The position numbers and the translations under genes were made by a program. Below, piece after piece: positions 1 through 14,113 of a stretch of 64,000 nt of DNA. The notes under the pieces were generated by a model. That model was not told the DNA's origin. It was given only the letters and a program-made list of their open reading frames with translations, and did not search any database. This DNA comes from Botryllus schlosseri (lineage: Eukaryota), in assembly GCA_051294905.1 (NCBI GenBank), contig CM119372.1, positions 6,884,001 through 6,948,000 on the forward strand, given 5' to 3'. Within the stretch, counting starts at the first letter, position 1; every line of letters begins with the position of its first letter.

Positions 1-785
1 ACTACTTACTCAAGTGTTAATCTCTTTAGACTAATTTCCCTTCTGCTTAAACAGTTCATTTTCTAAAACTACTTACGTTTTCGTTTGGGATATGTTGTGT
101 CGCTTTTATTACTGAAATTGTCATGAAATCTGGACGAAATAATCCCTGCGTCACTTAAACACCTATTTATAGCATCATTAGTCCTATTGCGTTAGTTGCA
201 ATGATGGTCCCAACCAAATTTATAGATAATATATGCCATATCGAGTCACATCGACCACACCCTGTCCTACACCGTTGAGTTTCTTGTTATTATTTCATCC
301 GCCAATGTTATTTTCTTTACATTTGGACAGATCAACAAATATTTCTTTCTCTCTCTCTCTCTCCCAGGAAACTCCAAACAATCCACCTCCGAGTAACTGC
401 TAAACGTATACAACCCCTAGACTAAATAATACTTTTTGAAACTACTTCAGTAATTTTCAGACCTTCCTCGTGCACTTCCCCTTGAAATAGGTCTGATGTC
501 TTGGAAAATAGTACTTATACTTGTAATTGACGAAAATTACTGCGTTATTTCTACCTGCACTTGACTAGCAACGTTGAATACTTTGATTACCTCTAGCCGT
601 AAGGCATATCAATGGATAGTTAGCTTTAAGTTTATGTAATGTTTTTTTTTGTGTTTTGAAAAAGTGTCGCAACTGCAAGCAAAAGTAACTGTCGCAGTTA
701 AACCTAGTTGAGCAAGTAAAAGGAAAGTGAGCCATCAATCTACATGCCACTACGAAATCACAGAGAATTAGTTGTTTCAGCTCAC

Positions 786-1118
786 TTGATTTGATCCTCA
801 AAGGGTTTGATGAATGGTGAGCCGCACATCGTTTGCGTCTTCACGATATGATCGTCGAGCAACATCTGGATATCGTCCACAGACGACAGAATCTGGGTTC
901 CGGTTTCGCGATACGGAATCATGTTGAATTCAATCTAAAATTGAAGAAAAATGTGCCGTCACAAAATTTCTTTAAGGAAAGCTGGTTTATAACAGTCCGG
1001 AAATACTTTCCAAGGAAGATCGTTGATTTTGCTACGTCAAAATTCCTTGAGATAACGGGAGCTACTTCCATAGCTTATATTGAACTCAATCTGGCAATTC
1101 ACGGCGGGTCTCATATTC

Positions 1119-1154
<36 letters not shown>

Positions 1155-4100
1155 AGAGAGAAATTTTATTTGTCAAACAGGCAAATAAAATAGAATGAAG
1201 TTGGGTGAAATGTGATGCATAGATAAGCAATGTATAGGAGCTTTGATACAGCAGAGTCATCAAAGTTGAGAAACCAAGGCCAGGAGCATCTTACTACAGA
1301 AGTCGCTGCTCTCAAATCTTTAGATTAATTAACAAAAATAAAAATGTAGGAAACACTCAGGCAGCATCTTTGAAAATAATTAGATAATTGAATGAAAAAA
1401 ATTAGGTCATTGAAATACAATTTCGTGGTAGTTTGAAAGCAGAGAGTCAAACATTGGCAAATTACGGAATTCCGACGATAAGTTATTCCATATGCTGACA
1501 CCAATATATGTGATCGAACAGGTATTTACAGAGAAATGCAGCAGCATCCTACGTTGTCGAATTCCTTACCTCGTCCCATTCGTGAACCATTTTCTCCATG
1601 GCCTTTTCGAGAGAGAATTCTTTGCTGGCCGCTTCGGAGATTGATTCGAACTTGTCAAGATACGAATCCAACTTCATGTCGATATATTTGGACAGTGTCG
1701 AATCCTAAAATAGGCACGTGGAGTTAATCTCTTGTGTTGATGGAACAGGTGTGGATGCAGAGAATCGACCGACCACAGTCTTCAGCACAGCGATTTTGAT
1801 GAACCAACATACCTCTTCAGGTTTGATGGAAAATCCAACAATTTCAGCCAGTTTCGTCCAATGCCTGTCCCTCAATCCCGGGTTGCAAATAGCTTGGATG
1901 AGCGGAATATTTTCCTTGAAGTCTTCCACGTTGGACTTCATCTGAACATAACCGTTTATGTAGAAGCCACGAAATTAACTAATTCCGGGCTTGTCACCAA
2001 CGAATTGCAACATGCTAAGTATAGCCCAAATCCTACATGTATACAAAAATGAACAGAATATTTTCCCAATAATGGTCATTATAAATTAGTGGTTCTCAAA
2101 CATTATAGTCACTCTCTTCAATATTTCATTATATGACAATGAGGGGGCGCAACTAAAAAGTTTGAGAACCACTGTTAGAAATGGAAGAATGCTATTATTG
2201 TTCAGCTTGCGATCGTGCTGTCAGAACTTACTTTAGCTGCGATTGCTTTTGCATTGGCATCTTCCGTAAAAGTTTTCTCCAATTTATACAATCCTCTCCA
2301 AACATTCCCGATTTCCTGTTCCACTTCATCGGGATTGATGACATCAAACTGACCGTGTAACCAATCCCTGTATAATGCGGAATAAGTAAGAAATACTATC
2401 GCATGTACATTAACGTAAATCTATTACATAATTCCTTAGGCGGAAGGAAGGTATGTTGTGGTATCGTTAGTATGGTTCAGGCATGGTATGGCATGTAGAT
2501 TTCACATGATGTAAGATCAAACGTTTTCATTGAACTCCCAAGTTATAAGTTCAATAACCAGAACGGCAACAAAACTGATAACAAGAAACTACAATTCCGA
2601 TTCCAGCATACATCTTTTTAACCTAACATTTTTCCACAGAGCACGTTTTGTTGTGAAGCTGTGCATATGTGAAGTAATATACAAAATCTCAAGACAGTTG
2701 CTACCACATAACAAAAGAACTTTAACTTTGGATGCTCACCCGCTTTTATTATTGAATTCGACTGTCGCCTCGTATAATTTGAGATACGGTTGCAAGGTGC
2801 CTTCGAGCTTCTTCCGCTGCGGATATTGCGATACATCCCACCCGTACGCGTCTTCCTCGGCGTTGAACTGTTCGATCTTCTCCGTCGCGGTGTCGAGACG
2901 TGCTGTAATATTTTGGTATTGCACCGTGATCGGTGATTCAAACTGTATTCATTACCATGGAGCGCCTGGGCTTTCTTGAGATATCTTGGCACGTCGTTGA
3001 GGTCGCCAAACGCGGAAAATTCTTCCAACTGCTTCGTATATCCTTCCAATTCCTCGACGAATCTTTCCCGACGCAACTGATAAATGATGTATCGATTGAT
3101 ATCATCGATAGTGTAGCGCAGGGCAGCCAGGGCTACTCAACTATTTTTAGAGATGGTTCAGTTACAAAATATCAAAATTTGTTGTTCTGTTCGTCACAGC
3201 TAGTAGGAGAATTGGCATTATTTAGAACTGTTTTGAAATCAACGATAATGGATTCAGTTTTCTTCAAAAATCAAGTAAAGACTGATACAGATAGGGTCCG
3301 GTTAAAAACTAAAAAGATTTAGTAGTGTAGCGTGATACATAGAGTTTTCGTTCATGGAATATATTCAAGTTTGCAAGGCTTTTTGTTTGAAGGCAAATAT
3401 GGTTGAATGAAGAAAATGTTATTATTAAAGCAACGCATTCAAGTTTGAGTTTGTTTTTCTGTATTCTGAAACCAGCACCGTGTCTTCAATATTACGTCAT
3501 AACAGCCCAAAATCAGCCAAGAGATCTTAGTACAGGTAATGGCACACTTGGAAAATGATTAGAAATTAGTAAAATTGTGCCCCTACATTATAAATACTCA
3601 GTTTCTCACAGCATCAGTGAACCACTGATGCAATGCAACCCATGACAACAGTAACACCGGTACTGCCATTGGAGATCTTGGCTGCCATTCGCAATATCCG
3701 CAATTGCATTCAAACACAAACCCTCAATCCATCTTGATATTGATGCATCTTCTCGTCGATTATCAACTCATGCTCGTCGAAGACACGCGGCATACGCGAA
3801 TGCCACTTGAAGACCTCGGTGTTGCTTCGAATCTCTCTCGGAGTGAACGACGTGAAATCCACCAGGAAAGCCAATCGATCCTTGCAAACCACCAATTTCT
3901 TTTCCAGCTCCACCATGTCTTTCGATCGAACCTGCAGAATTTTAAAATCAATGAAATCCGCGCATTGCATAAGACACAAGTGAAACTGCAATATATGAAG
4001 CGGCAGATTGCGGATATTCATGGCTTAGATTAGACCTGGGAATGTCTATTGGCAAGAGTTGGCGTTATGTGGTGGCCCTTGGCTATGAACGTAATGCATG

Positions 4101-7100
4101 TCCCGATCTCGAGCAAAATTGGTTAAAAAGCAGTCATCTAAAGGTAGTGATCACTTGTAAACTGCTCGATTCGCTAGTTGGCAGGCTGCTTGCCAGAGTT
4201 TGGAAATCCTGCTATAGATCTACAGTTGTTTTTTATAAAAATTCCGATATAATACAGAACAATCAACTAAAATCTTCATCGAACCAACTCGAATTTGATA
4301 TAAAAATCAAGATTTGACGACCCTTCGAATAGATGTATGTAAAAATAACAGCAACATTGTTTCACCCTCCCTTTAGAATGGGCCAAATCTGGAGAATCAG
4401 CACAAAATAATATTCCCCCTTAATACGATTCTAATTCATGCTTACTCGGATTAAAAAATAAACATACCTTCGCTACATATTCCTGTAGCTCCACAAGCTC
4501 GGCTGTATTAGCTGGTGTTGTTGCAGCTTTCCGAGCTATTTCGTTAAATTCTTCGCATATTCTATAAAAGCAAGGACACTTTTATTATGAATGTTTCAAG
4601 AGTAAATTAGGCCGTATTGATGTCACTTAACATGTGACATCAATACAGTAAAACAATCAACGTCCCTATAAACAGGGTTGGTTGGTATCCCAGCTACTTA
4701 TGATAATCAGTATATACTCTGACATTGTAATTTATCTTGGGTGTATGAGAAGTATCAGGCCGATGAACACAATATGTCAATCAATTCTCAATCCAAGCCA
4801 ACCTCAAAGACTTACATTTGATTCTGTTCTTGATGCTTCTTACTCATGGTGGTCAGCATTTTGTTGGCAAGTTGGTCCGCTCTCTTTGATAAGCTGGCTA
4901 TCAATTCATCGCAATGCAACTCGAACATACCCAGTCTCACCACCTGCAAATTATCATCATGCTGAGCTAATATCACAAAGTTGACCCATTCAGATCATTT
5001 TGCAGTTGAACAATTTTTTTGAAGATAAGAATAAGCCGAATGAATGAAATCTAACCTTTCTTGAATTGAAAGTGATTTCTTCCGCAAGCTTTTGAAATCT
5101 GGTGACTTCGCGAATGTAGTCGTCGAAGGAACTGCTTTCGGACGCCAGGAAACTTTCGACATCCTCTTCCGCCTTTCAATAAAAAAAATAATATTCAATA
5201 TAAGATTATATGAATAGGACTATATTATGTATCAAAGTGCCATAGTCATCTCTCTCCAAAATACAGCATTAAAAATTATGATGAATTTGTACTTGTGTGG
5301 TGTATCCCCGGGGCCTGTGATCGATTGGGGTCCCGTTGACCATACCTTGATAGTTAACAGGCAGCCACAAGGCTGAGCGTAGGGCCTCAAATGTCATAGT
5401 TCATAGTCACTAACAAGAAATCGCTCATTGATATAATGTTGAAATTTTGGAAAAAGAAGTCTATATACATAGATAGAAAGATTCATTGTTTTGTCACACA
5501 AGTGATAATCCGGTAGTGGCCTGGTTACAGCAAGTGACAGCAAGGTTATTAGTGCTTTAATGCCCACCTGTTTGTTTATGAGGAAATGGTATTTGTCATA
5601 TAGTTTTATATGTTCCTTTGGTGCCACACTTTCCTTGGCAACTACTTTTCGAACTTTTGCTTTCACAACCTTCAAAATCTCATCCAAAACAACCGGCTTC
5701 AATGTGGTATTGCTGCCAGACTGAAAAAGACAATGGGACATGGTGATTCCTAATATAAGAAACTTTTAAACAAAAAAGTAGGAATGCAAGTTCTAATAGG
5801 GTTAGATCACATATCACTTGAACAATTTGATACAGATGGTTATAAAATCAAGGAACTAAAACAAATACATGATGAAAGAAAGGTCAAACATTCAGTCCAG
5901 TGAAAAAATTGGTCAGTAAGTAGCATAAACTAACAAATCAATTCTTCAGTCAAGATTATCAAGCCTGCGTAAGGCTCAGTCGTGTGTGGCCTATTTCATA
6001 ACGCAGTCTTCGATTAATGAAAAGGGCTTTTGTTATATCAAGACAAACGAGTACTTCTACAAACACTTCATGAGATCGCCAAATTACACAATAGATGACA
6101 GATCAAATTGCTTCAATTCATGGCTCTGTAACAACTGGATGGAAGCTATTGTTGTGATACTACTAGAAATAGACACGCAATAAACAATTATGTTAAAATA
6201 ATAACATGTAGACGATGTGATTCTATTTTGCCAAGATTTGAGTATAATACAGGAATCGCTGATAACGATACAGAAAATTTACATGAGACATCATCAATTT
6301 GACTACCACAAGTGTAAAATACTGAAAAGATGGCGCATAAAATTGATATGAAAAGAGGATCACATTGTCTTTAAACTTTCTTCCATACCAGTCACGAGAA
6401 TTGTTTACAGTGAAGAATATGGAACTATCACAAATTCAATTTTCCAACACACTGTAATGTAATACCAAATACTTACCCATTCTGAATACAATTTGGTTTC
6501 CACTCTGGGCACAATGCTGACAGCTTTGAGCATGACATCATAAACGTTGATCAGCACCAGTTCAAAATCTGGAAAGTCAGGTTCAAATTTGATCTCTTCC
6601 CCATCTAAAACTAGTCGCACCACAAATCCGGAATGCTCGTGCGCGCGAATTGAGGTCTGAATAAAATTGGAAACATGAATAACATAATCAGTTCCAGACC
6701 AGTTCATAACAGTTCTAGAAGACAACCAAGAATCATGGTAATAGCCCAACTTACACATCTAATGCTAACTGATTGGATTTACGACATTCATAACAAAAGT
6801 ATCACCCGCATCATCCTGTATTACCATTTTCATCAGTGCAAAACACATCCTTTCATTTGTATTATATATACGAGGCACATACATTGTAACCTTACTAGCA
6901 ATAAAGTTTGCAAGTAATTTATTACATCTACATAGAAAAATACAAAGAGATTACTTTATTATGCGTAATGATTTGTCAGGAGTATATTCCAATCAGCTCC
7001 ACTACATTCATAGAAGCCATTCATTGTCAGCATCACAAATGCGCGAATTTTGTGTTATAAATGTATATTGTTATTGTCTTATACCAGAAAAATAGGTTAG

Positions 7101-10100
7101 CCTACACCGTTCTATATGTTATAATAATAACCAACTACTGCTTACCGGAGGCTGACAAAGCAAATTTGTGTAGTCATCAATGGAAAGAAGAGCCAGACTC
7201 TGTAATTGCTGAGTCATCAACGTGGCAGCGCAATTGAAGAAAGACTGAAGTTTGGATTCATTGTGGTTCGACGGAACCTGCTTTCTTTTATTTCCTTGGT
7301 AATAAATATTTTGCACTTCTGGGAACCACCTGAAAAAACATTTTTGGAATGAAATTCTAATACATCGTATTACAGGTTCCGGTATACTTCGAGTATAGCA
7401 ATGGGGTATATAGCATTGCATGTTATAATACACCAATATGAGTATCAGATTCAGTTTGTTAACAATTTGATCATTTCAAAACAACACAAGACTACGATAT
7501 AATGAAAAGATAGGAAGGTGACGAAACGACTTGAAGTAGTCTTTGAAATCAGACTCCCACCTGGGCCTAGGTGATATAAATAAGAGGCATGCACACTGGG
7601 GGTAGAAAAATATGGGATGACGGTTAGTGATGGTAATCTTAAGGGCTGACTAGTATTATCTATAACAATATTTCAATGTAAATTTTGCACACTCAAAGTG
7701 GAGCATTTTATGCATATTTGAGTTAAATTTCAACACAAATAGATGGCACTTAACACTTGGAACTCTTAAACTGCAATCACAGTATAACTAATCAAATGAA
7801 ACATCCAGGGTGTCCAACAGCTGGACAAGTTATCAGCAAAATGTGACATTATTGTGCTTCGTGATGTAATAATGTAGCCACGATATGGGCTGGTTATGGG
7901 CTGACATTTTCAGTTATATCCGTCAATACACCGAATCACCGATATATATACGGGGAAAACTACATACTTTTTCAAGAGCTTATCCTTCGCCGTCTCGATG
8001 TGTCTCAAAACCAAGCCTTGGAACGTTTGCAATTCCATAGATTCCACTTTCTTGTGAAATTCTTCCACGTCAACCAAACGTAAATTTCTGAAAATTAAAA
8101 TCTTCCGTCGCAAATTGATTTAGCTCGAAAACAGACCAATCAACGAACCCGAATGAGACATGCCAAAGGTCGAGCACTGCCATCATGGTGGGATTCGTCA
8201 CATTTAAATTATCTCTCGTTGAATTGAACGCCGACACAAAGGATCTGTGCCACGGCTTTGGAACGACTTCCAGCTCTTCACGGTGCGGGGGTAATTCTTC
8301 CGCCTCCTCCTCTTTCTCTCTCGGGTCACGAAGCACAAAATCCACTGTAATAGAGATCAGAATATCAGCATAGAAACGAGTTGGGGTCCTGGATTTTTCA
8401 CTGTCAGTTTAATCAAAGTGAAGTTGACAGACGGCGAATCCACTTTTGAAATGTATACCGTATATTATGTAGAGAACTTCAGTATGCAATTGAAGATTAT
8501 ATTCATATTGAACAAAAAAAAACGAATGACACTTGTCAGGGGTAATCACCAGGACCTAGTAGAGAAATGAAAAGAACATGGTATATCAACAATCGTGTCA
8601 TCAAATATGACTTTGACGGCATGACAACTCAAATAAATGAGGTGAACAGATGGGTTACGTTGTTAAGTTGTCGACATTGTGACTTCCCTTTAGTTATCAG
8701 ATATATATACTATTTCCCGGCTATCTTTCTTGACGACGTTCTCAAGCAAGAACACTGAAATTAGTATCACATCTCATGTCACAAAACAGATGTCTTCTTG
8801 CAATGTGTCAATTCGTTTAGTTTGATTGAGCAGCGCCTCTTTAAAATGCACTTTACCAATCGCCTTCTTCACAGAAAGTAGATAATCTTCTCTCATCTCG
8901 TCTGATAGAGATTCTATGGACTCGGCGAGATGCTTCAATCGCTTCGGGACCATTTGCATGACGTGATCGAGCCAGATGTCCTCCATGGGTGCGACATGTT
9001 CTGAATTTCAACAATTTAATGATGACTCACGCAACATAGACGGTATTGAAAAGGGCACCTGTGTCTATGCCATTGTGAATGTAATAGTAATATCTCAAAA
9101 TATCTTTTTCCGCATTGGTGGGCGATCCAGGTCTTTGGGACGCGTCGCTACCGGGGCTCTCTGGTCTGCTACGTTCTTCCTTTTGCCTGACCACAAAACA
9201 AGGAGGTCATCTAATTGTCACATATTCATTTTTATTAAACCAATTACTCTTCGTGAACACAGGTATATCATCAATGATGTTATCAAAACAAATAATACTT
9301 GATAATGAAGTATATCCCGCAAAAGAAATTCAAGTTTGATCAATATAAATCAAAAATATTCTTGCCATGAGGAAAGAATTATGAAAATTGAATATTCAGG
9401 GATACATCCCTTCTAGCTGGCCTTACTATTGCATTTGCGGTGCGCAGCTGGTAGACGTGCCATTCTACGACAAACTTTGCATGCCTGATTTCATTTACCT
9501 CGAGTCACAATTGACTCGCGTGATTAAACTTGCATATTCCAGACAGTTCAGAGAGAATATATAGAAAGTTCATAGGTGCATGAGTATCACATTACTACAT
9601 TACTTCATTGCTACTTCTAACATTTATCTCACTAACATCCGAATCTAACCCTCTTCCATATATATGGATACGAAGATTCTATTAATATTTGCACAACCAT
9701 TCTATATTACAGCAGTGTTTATATTTTTTTCTCACACAAACAATATATGTAGGTTATAATTGATAATTTTAGTTGGCAGTGCACAATCTCAATAGCAATT
9801 GAACTTGTCACAGAATATAAGGACATATAACACTATTACTCACATGATGATATTGACAAGTGAACTTCGAAATGCTTCACGGCTTTTCTTTGGGTGTTGA
9901 AAGGAGGATGACGCTCCATTTGCGACAGAGGTTTGCGGTTTTTCTTCAGAAGACCATGTCTTCGCTCTTTGGTATGATTTGCGCTTTTTATTTGGAACTG
10001 TCAGCTCTTTGACAAGATCGATTTGGTCCCTTGATAAAATGAGAATCTCATATTAATGCATACAAATTAAATAATTCCATGCACTCCAATATGATAAGCT

Positions 10101-13100
10101 ACTGACAGTTAAATGCTAAATCCGACTATTCATATAAAAATATATATCTATAGCAGTGGTTCCCAACGTGGGCGATATCGATCCCCCCCCCCTCCCCACG
10201 GGGCGATTTGGCGGCCTAGGGGGGCGAAAATGATGAAGGGGCGATAAGGGGGCAAAAATGGACAAAGGGGGCGAAAATAGCGAAGGGGGCGATGACGCGT
10301 TAAAACGGCTATATTGGAGTCAATTTGGAGAAATGACCTTTTTTTGTTTTTTTTTAGTCAACCCCCGGAAATTTAGTTGCAAAAGTATAAAATTCGACAA
10401 CGAACCGAAAAGTTGGCCTTTTTTTTCAGTCAACCCGCCAATGATTACAGATTGTATACCGATTTTTCGGTTCACAAAATCTGGGGGGCGATGATCGGCG
10501 TTGAGCTTGAAAAGGGGGTGATGAGTAGAAAAAGGTTGGGAACCGCTGATCTATAGGATTAAATCTCTTGTACGTTTCATGATTATGGACAGAGGAGTAA
10601 ATTGCCATCAACTCAAGAGTAAAGTAACCAACGTGCTAAATCCCAACAATGGCATATAGCTTTACTTTAGGGTGGATACGGTATATACGACTGCAAGTGT
10701 GATAGTGGAAGTGTGATGGGTCGCATTTTGATATAATAAAGAAATTCATCTAACAGTGGTATAGTTATCTAATGCAGGTTATTTTCTGAATCCTAATGAT
10801 ACAATCTTCCCTTTCTTGATGCATAGAAAAGTTATACAATTGAATAGTATATTCATATTGAAATGAACCCGAATATTTTCGGCTGACACTCGTCAGGGGT
10901 AATCGTCAGCAACTAGTAGAGAATTCGAAAGAACAGCGTATATCAACAATCGTAACACAAAATATGACGTCACCAGCACGAAATGTTGAATACGAGAGCG
11001 TTCAATGTACTATTTTTAGATGATACACGAACTCTTTTTGTTGACACAGCCTTGGCTGGTGTATTTTGATAAAAGTCGACTCCAAGGCACACAAATGAAA
11101 GTGTGAGCGACCCTTTCCGAGTATGCGAAATCTGTCGTCTCAATAATTTTTCGCACAGGCGGGACTATCCAACAAGTGTTTGCCAATTGCAGAATTTATG
11201 GCCTTTGATTGTTCCGCATCAATCTTGAGCGGGTGAGTTAAGGGTGAGCTTTTCACCGAGCGTGTTTTAATGAATCTAGGGACATGCTAATTTATGCGTT
11301 CCTGCAAGCGCTTTGACGTTCTTCCCACGTAGCCACAATCACAGTGACACTTAAATTCGTAAACTACATTGCTTTGCTGAAGTGCGGGTAGCACGTCTTT
11401 ACGTGTTGCAGGGAGCAGTTGCGTTGTCGTGAAAATCACGTTGGTCTTCACTGTGTCGTAACACTTATTGACCGCTGAAACCAATTGCTTTTCAAAGCGG
11501 GTGGAAATAGGCCCTATCCAAGGTAGATGGATGTAAACATCTTTGGTTGTTCGTTCGGTAGGCTCTGTTGACTTTTCTGCATTGAAATGCGTTACCTTCC
11601 TCTCTATGCCACGGTTGATGACATGTTCAGGGTAACCGTTATCAAGTAAGATTTTCCGGATATTGTCAAGTTCTGAGTTTAGTTTATTACCCGAACATAT
11701 CATCAACGCTCTATGCACGAGAGTACCTATGAGGTTGATTTTTCTGCGTCTAGGACTAAATGAATTCCAACGAAGGTATTGGCCAGTGAATGTCGGTTTC
11801 CGCAAGATTGATGTTTCAAATTTATTGGTATCATGTTTTTCGACTAAAACGTCCAAAAATTACAATGAATTATTTCATTCTTTTTCAATTGTGAATAGCA
11901 GAGCCGGGTGAAGCGAGTTTAAGTGAATGAGAAATTGATCACAGTCTATCTCATTTCTGAATATGACAAAAGTATCGTCTACATAACATCGGTACAACAA
12001 GGGTTTGACGGACACACGCTGGGAGAGAAGCTCGACCTCATAAAATCCTATGAAAATGTTAGCCAAAATAGGTCCCAAGGGAGATCCCATCGATATGCCG
12101 TCTATTTGATTATAGATAACATCGTTAAAGCTAAATTCAACAGAACAGTAGCTGCCTGTAAAAGTTCAACAGAAACTTTACGCGGCATTGATGGTGGTGC
12201 TAGCTTACCGCTATAAAGCGCATTCGCAGAAAAGTTATAGCATGTCAATCATAATTCATAACAACAATGATTGTGAAAACCATGTCGTCTTGCAGCAGCA
12301 TTGCAGCATTTTTACAGTTGTTAATGGATAGCGTCTGAGTTTCTACTCTAAAATTTGTTACCGTACATAAAATGCATACAAATCATGATGAAGTGTTGAA
12401 TTTGTGTTTGACAATGGTCTGGGTTGATACTCTAATCAACATTTGGGATGATTTGGGATTTGGGCTCCATTTGGGATGAAAAAGGATCTTGCAAAATGTT
12501 TAGAGAGCACGTCCAAATACATGTTAAGGATTTAAATTGTAAGGTGTGGAGTTATAAATGTAATTTATTTATGACAGACTGATATTATGGCTCATCATTG
12601 GTCCAACAATGACTCCTGGCATCTCTGCGTTACAATATAAACTCCGTCCAAAGTCACGGTATTATAGTTCAACTCAAACTTGACACTTCACCCTTTTACA
12701 GAATAGTGATCTTTTTCAAAGTATCAGGCGGTTTATGAGGGTTGTGATGCCTTTACCGTGATGATATTTTCATATTTCAGGAATCAGTGTGATAGTAGCT
12801 TTCAATTATTACTGCTTTGAATAAAACTTCAGCACAGGTCAGAAGCCCATTCAAATTTATACGGTTCCAAATTATAATGAGTAACGGTAGATTTGTACAT
12901 TTGTTTTGATTCCAATGGAATTGGATATAGAATATTTTAATCAGCTGTCATCTGATTTCGCACATCACTAAATACAACTGATGTCCAAAATAAGCTATGT
13001 CTGAAAAGGATGATGAAAATTATCAGATCATTACCTGCCAAATGAGTCGCCGGGCGAGCTCCCGTTCAGCACGAACGAAGGAGCTGTACTTGACCATACT

Positions 13101-13267
13101 GGTTTGTTACGTTTTTGTGGCAGTTGAGGGAGGAAACTTGATGTCTGTGGTTCAGACAACTTCACTTTGTTGTTTCTTGTCCTTGGAGTAGGCTGTTTTG
13201 TAATGTAACCCGATCGATTAAACGGTGAAATAATAAGAATAAACTCAGATGTTACCTGGTAATCCAT
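786..13267 (-). CDS. DNAH7: Axonemal dynein heavy chain 7-like, 5' part (20 coding exons; gene continues beyond the left edge)
   Basis: Exons read with GT-AG boundaries and consistent phases: 13256-13267, 13035-13192, 9844-10029, 9059-9186, 8857-9000, 8149-8344, 7968-8087, 7146-7329, 6477-6656, 5568-5720, 5056-5172, 4816-4943, 4468-4561, 3722-3931, 2956-3076, 2740-2902, 2232-2367, 1813-1941, 1570-1704, 786-934. Peptides such as [54 protein letters not shown] and [14 protein letters not shown] match the DNAH7 N-terminus as recalled. No stop codons seen in the spliced frame. Confidence 0.93.
2087..2174. mobile_element. 88-bp hAT (Charlie-like) MITE
   Basis: TIR TAGTGGTTCTCAAAC / GTTTGAGAACCACTG; flanks TTATAAAT / TTAGAAAT (7/8 TSD). 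Confidence 0.65.
7470..7650 (-). mobile_element. 3' UTR fragment of a CR1/L2-type LINE (same family as 27457-27960)
   Basis: Shares CACAAGACT..AATGAAAAGATAGGA..CGAAAC..CCTAGG..AAATAAGAGGCATGCACACTG with 27505-27620. Confidence 0.65.
8470..8630 (-). mobile_element. Old, diverged copy of the Penelope-like terminal repeat
   Basis: TGACACTTGTCAGGGGTAATC..CTAGTAGAGAA..AAAGAACA..GTATATCAACAATCGT aligns with 10860-10980; the ribozyme core is damaged. Confidence 0.65.
10154..10548. mobile_element. hAT MITE
   Basis: TIR CAGTGGTTCCCAAC / GTTGGGAACCGCTG; perfect 8-bp TSD ATCTATAG; internal GGGGCGA repeats. Confidence 0.85.
10837..12227 (-). mobile_element. 5'-truncated Penelope-like retroelement (RT + GIY-YIG endonuclease, disrupted) in DNAH7 intron 2
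   Basis: RT motifs [11 protein letters not shown] and YVDDTF (11875-12090); thumb and [23 protein letters not shown] (11287-11856); frameshift and stop present; 12-bp TSD AGAAAAGTTATA (10825-10836 / 12228-12239); hammerhead in the 3' terminal repeat. Confidence 0.92.
10867..10910 (-). ncRNA. Minimal type-I hammerhead ribozyme (Penelope terminal repeat), copy 1
   Basis: Minus strand reads GCUGACGAUU-ACCC-CUGACGA-G-UGUCAGC-C-GAAA-AUAU-UC-GGGU: core CUGANGA/GAAA/UH, stem I ACCC:GGGU, palindromic AAUAUU stem III. Confidence 0.8.
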
Positions 13268-13551
13268 CTTAGTGAATCACAGTATCTTCACGTAATAGTT
13301 ATCATTACTCACTTTTTGAAGAACACTCACTATAAACTGAAAACATAAATGGATATGTTTTATCATGAGGAGTACTATTAGGCTACATTGTTACTCCTAT
13401 CTAAAACGTGGTACTGGGGTGATGAAATTGCTGTCAAACTCAGCGATTAAAATCAATGATTCGTTCAACTAATTACGTAGCTTAAAGCATTCAACGATAC
13501 ATTATGGCTGAGCGAAACACTGACTTTGCGAGTGCAGATCTCGCTGCCACG

Positions 13552-13564
13552 GTCGCATAGCAAC
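13552..13564. promoter_or_regulatory. Candidate RFX X-box upstream of DNAH7
   Basis: GTCGCATAGCAAC resembles the X-box consensus (GTNRCC-N0-3-RGYAAC) and lies ~285 bp upstream of the ATG of a ciliary gene. Confidence 0.45.
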
Positions 13565-13639
13565 ATAGCTTACTCATGCGTAACAGAAAAGGCCACTGAA
13601 ATCACTGATAATAATAAGATCTTGGTTGCTCAGTTGTAC

Positions 13640-13681
13640 TATAGATAACTAAGGTAAACCGGTTTACCTTAGTTATCTATA
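13640..13681. repeat. Perfect 42-bp palindrome with 7-bp TSD (probable P-element excision footprint)
   Basis: TATAGATAACTAAGGTAAACC|GGTTTACCTTAGTTATCTATA flanked by GTTGTAC on both sides. Confidence 0.7.
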
Positions 13682-14113
13682 GTTGTACATATGCGATGCG
13701 TTTTCTACTACATTTGCACGGCTGAGTTACGCAATTCATCAACATTCTTGACATCATCATCACCATGATAAGGTACTTCTTATAAATATTACATTTTGTT
13801 TACCAGCCGAATAGCCACTGTCAAAATCCACCAGCTTCTGAATATTTCACAAGTATGTCCAGAATGGACGAACATGATGTGACTATTGTCACATTGGTAG
13901 TTGAAAAGTCTTAGAAATCTGTCGGACAATCTAGCAGTGAACGATTTTTTGTCGTAGCCTAGGCTATGGTTTTCATATGCAATGTTTTTTATAACTGAGT
14001 TTAACGAAATATATTGGTATAACGCCATTTTAATAATATTCAATAAGGAGTTGGTAAACCTTACTTAGTTCCCTTAACTGAGACCCGATAAGACCTTTGT
14101 GAGTCGTATATGT

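Noticed and set aside
833..1198. 121-aa plus-strand ORF with an ERERER tract
   Set aside because: Antisense to a dynein exon and runs through a (GA)n microsatellite; not a gene.
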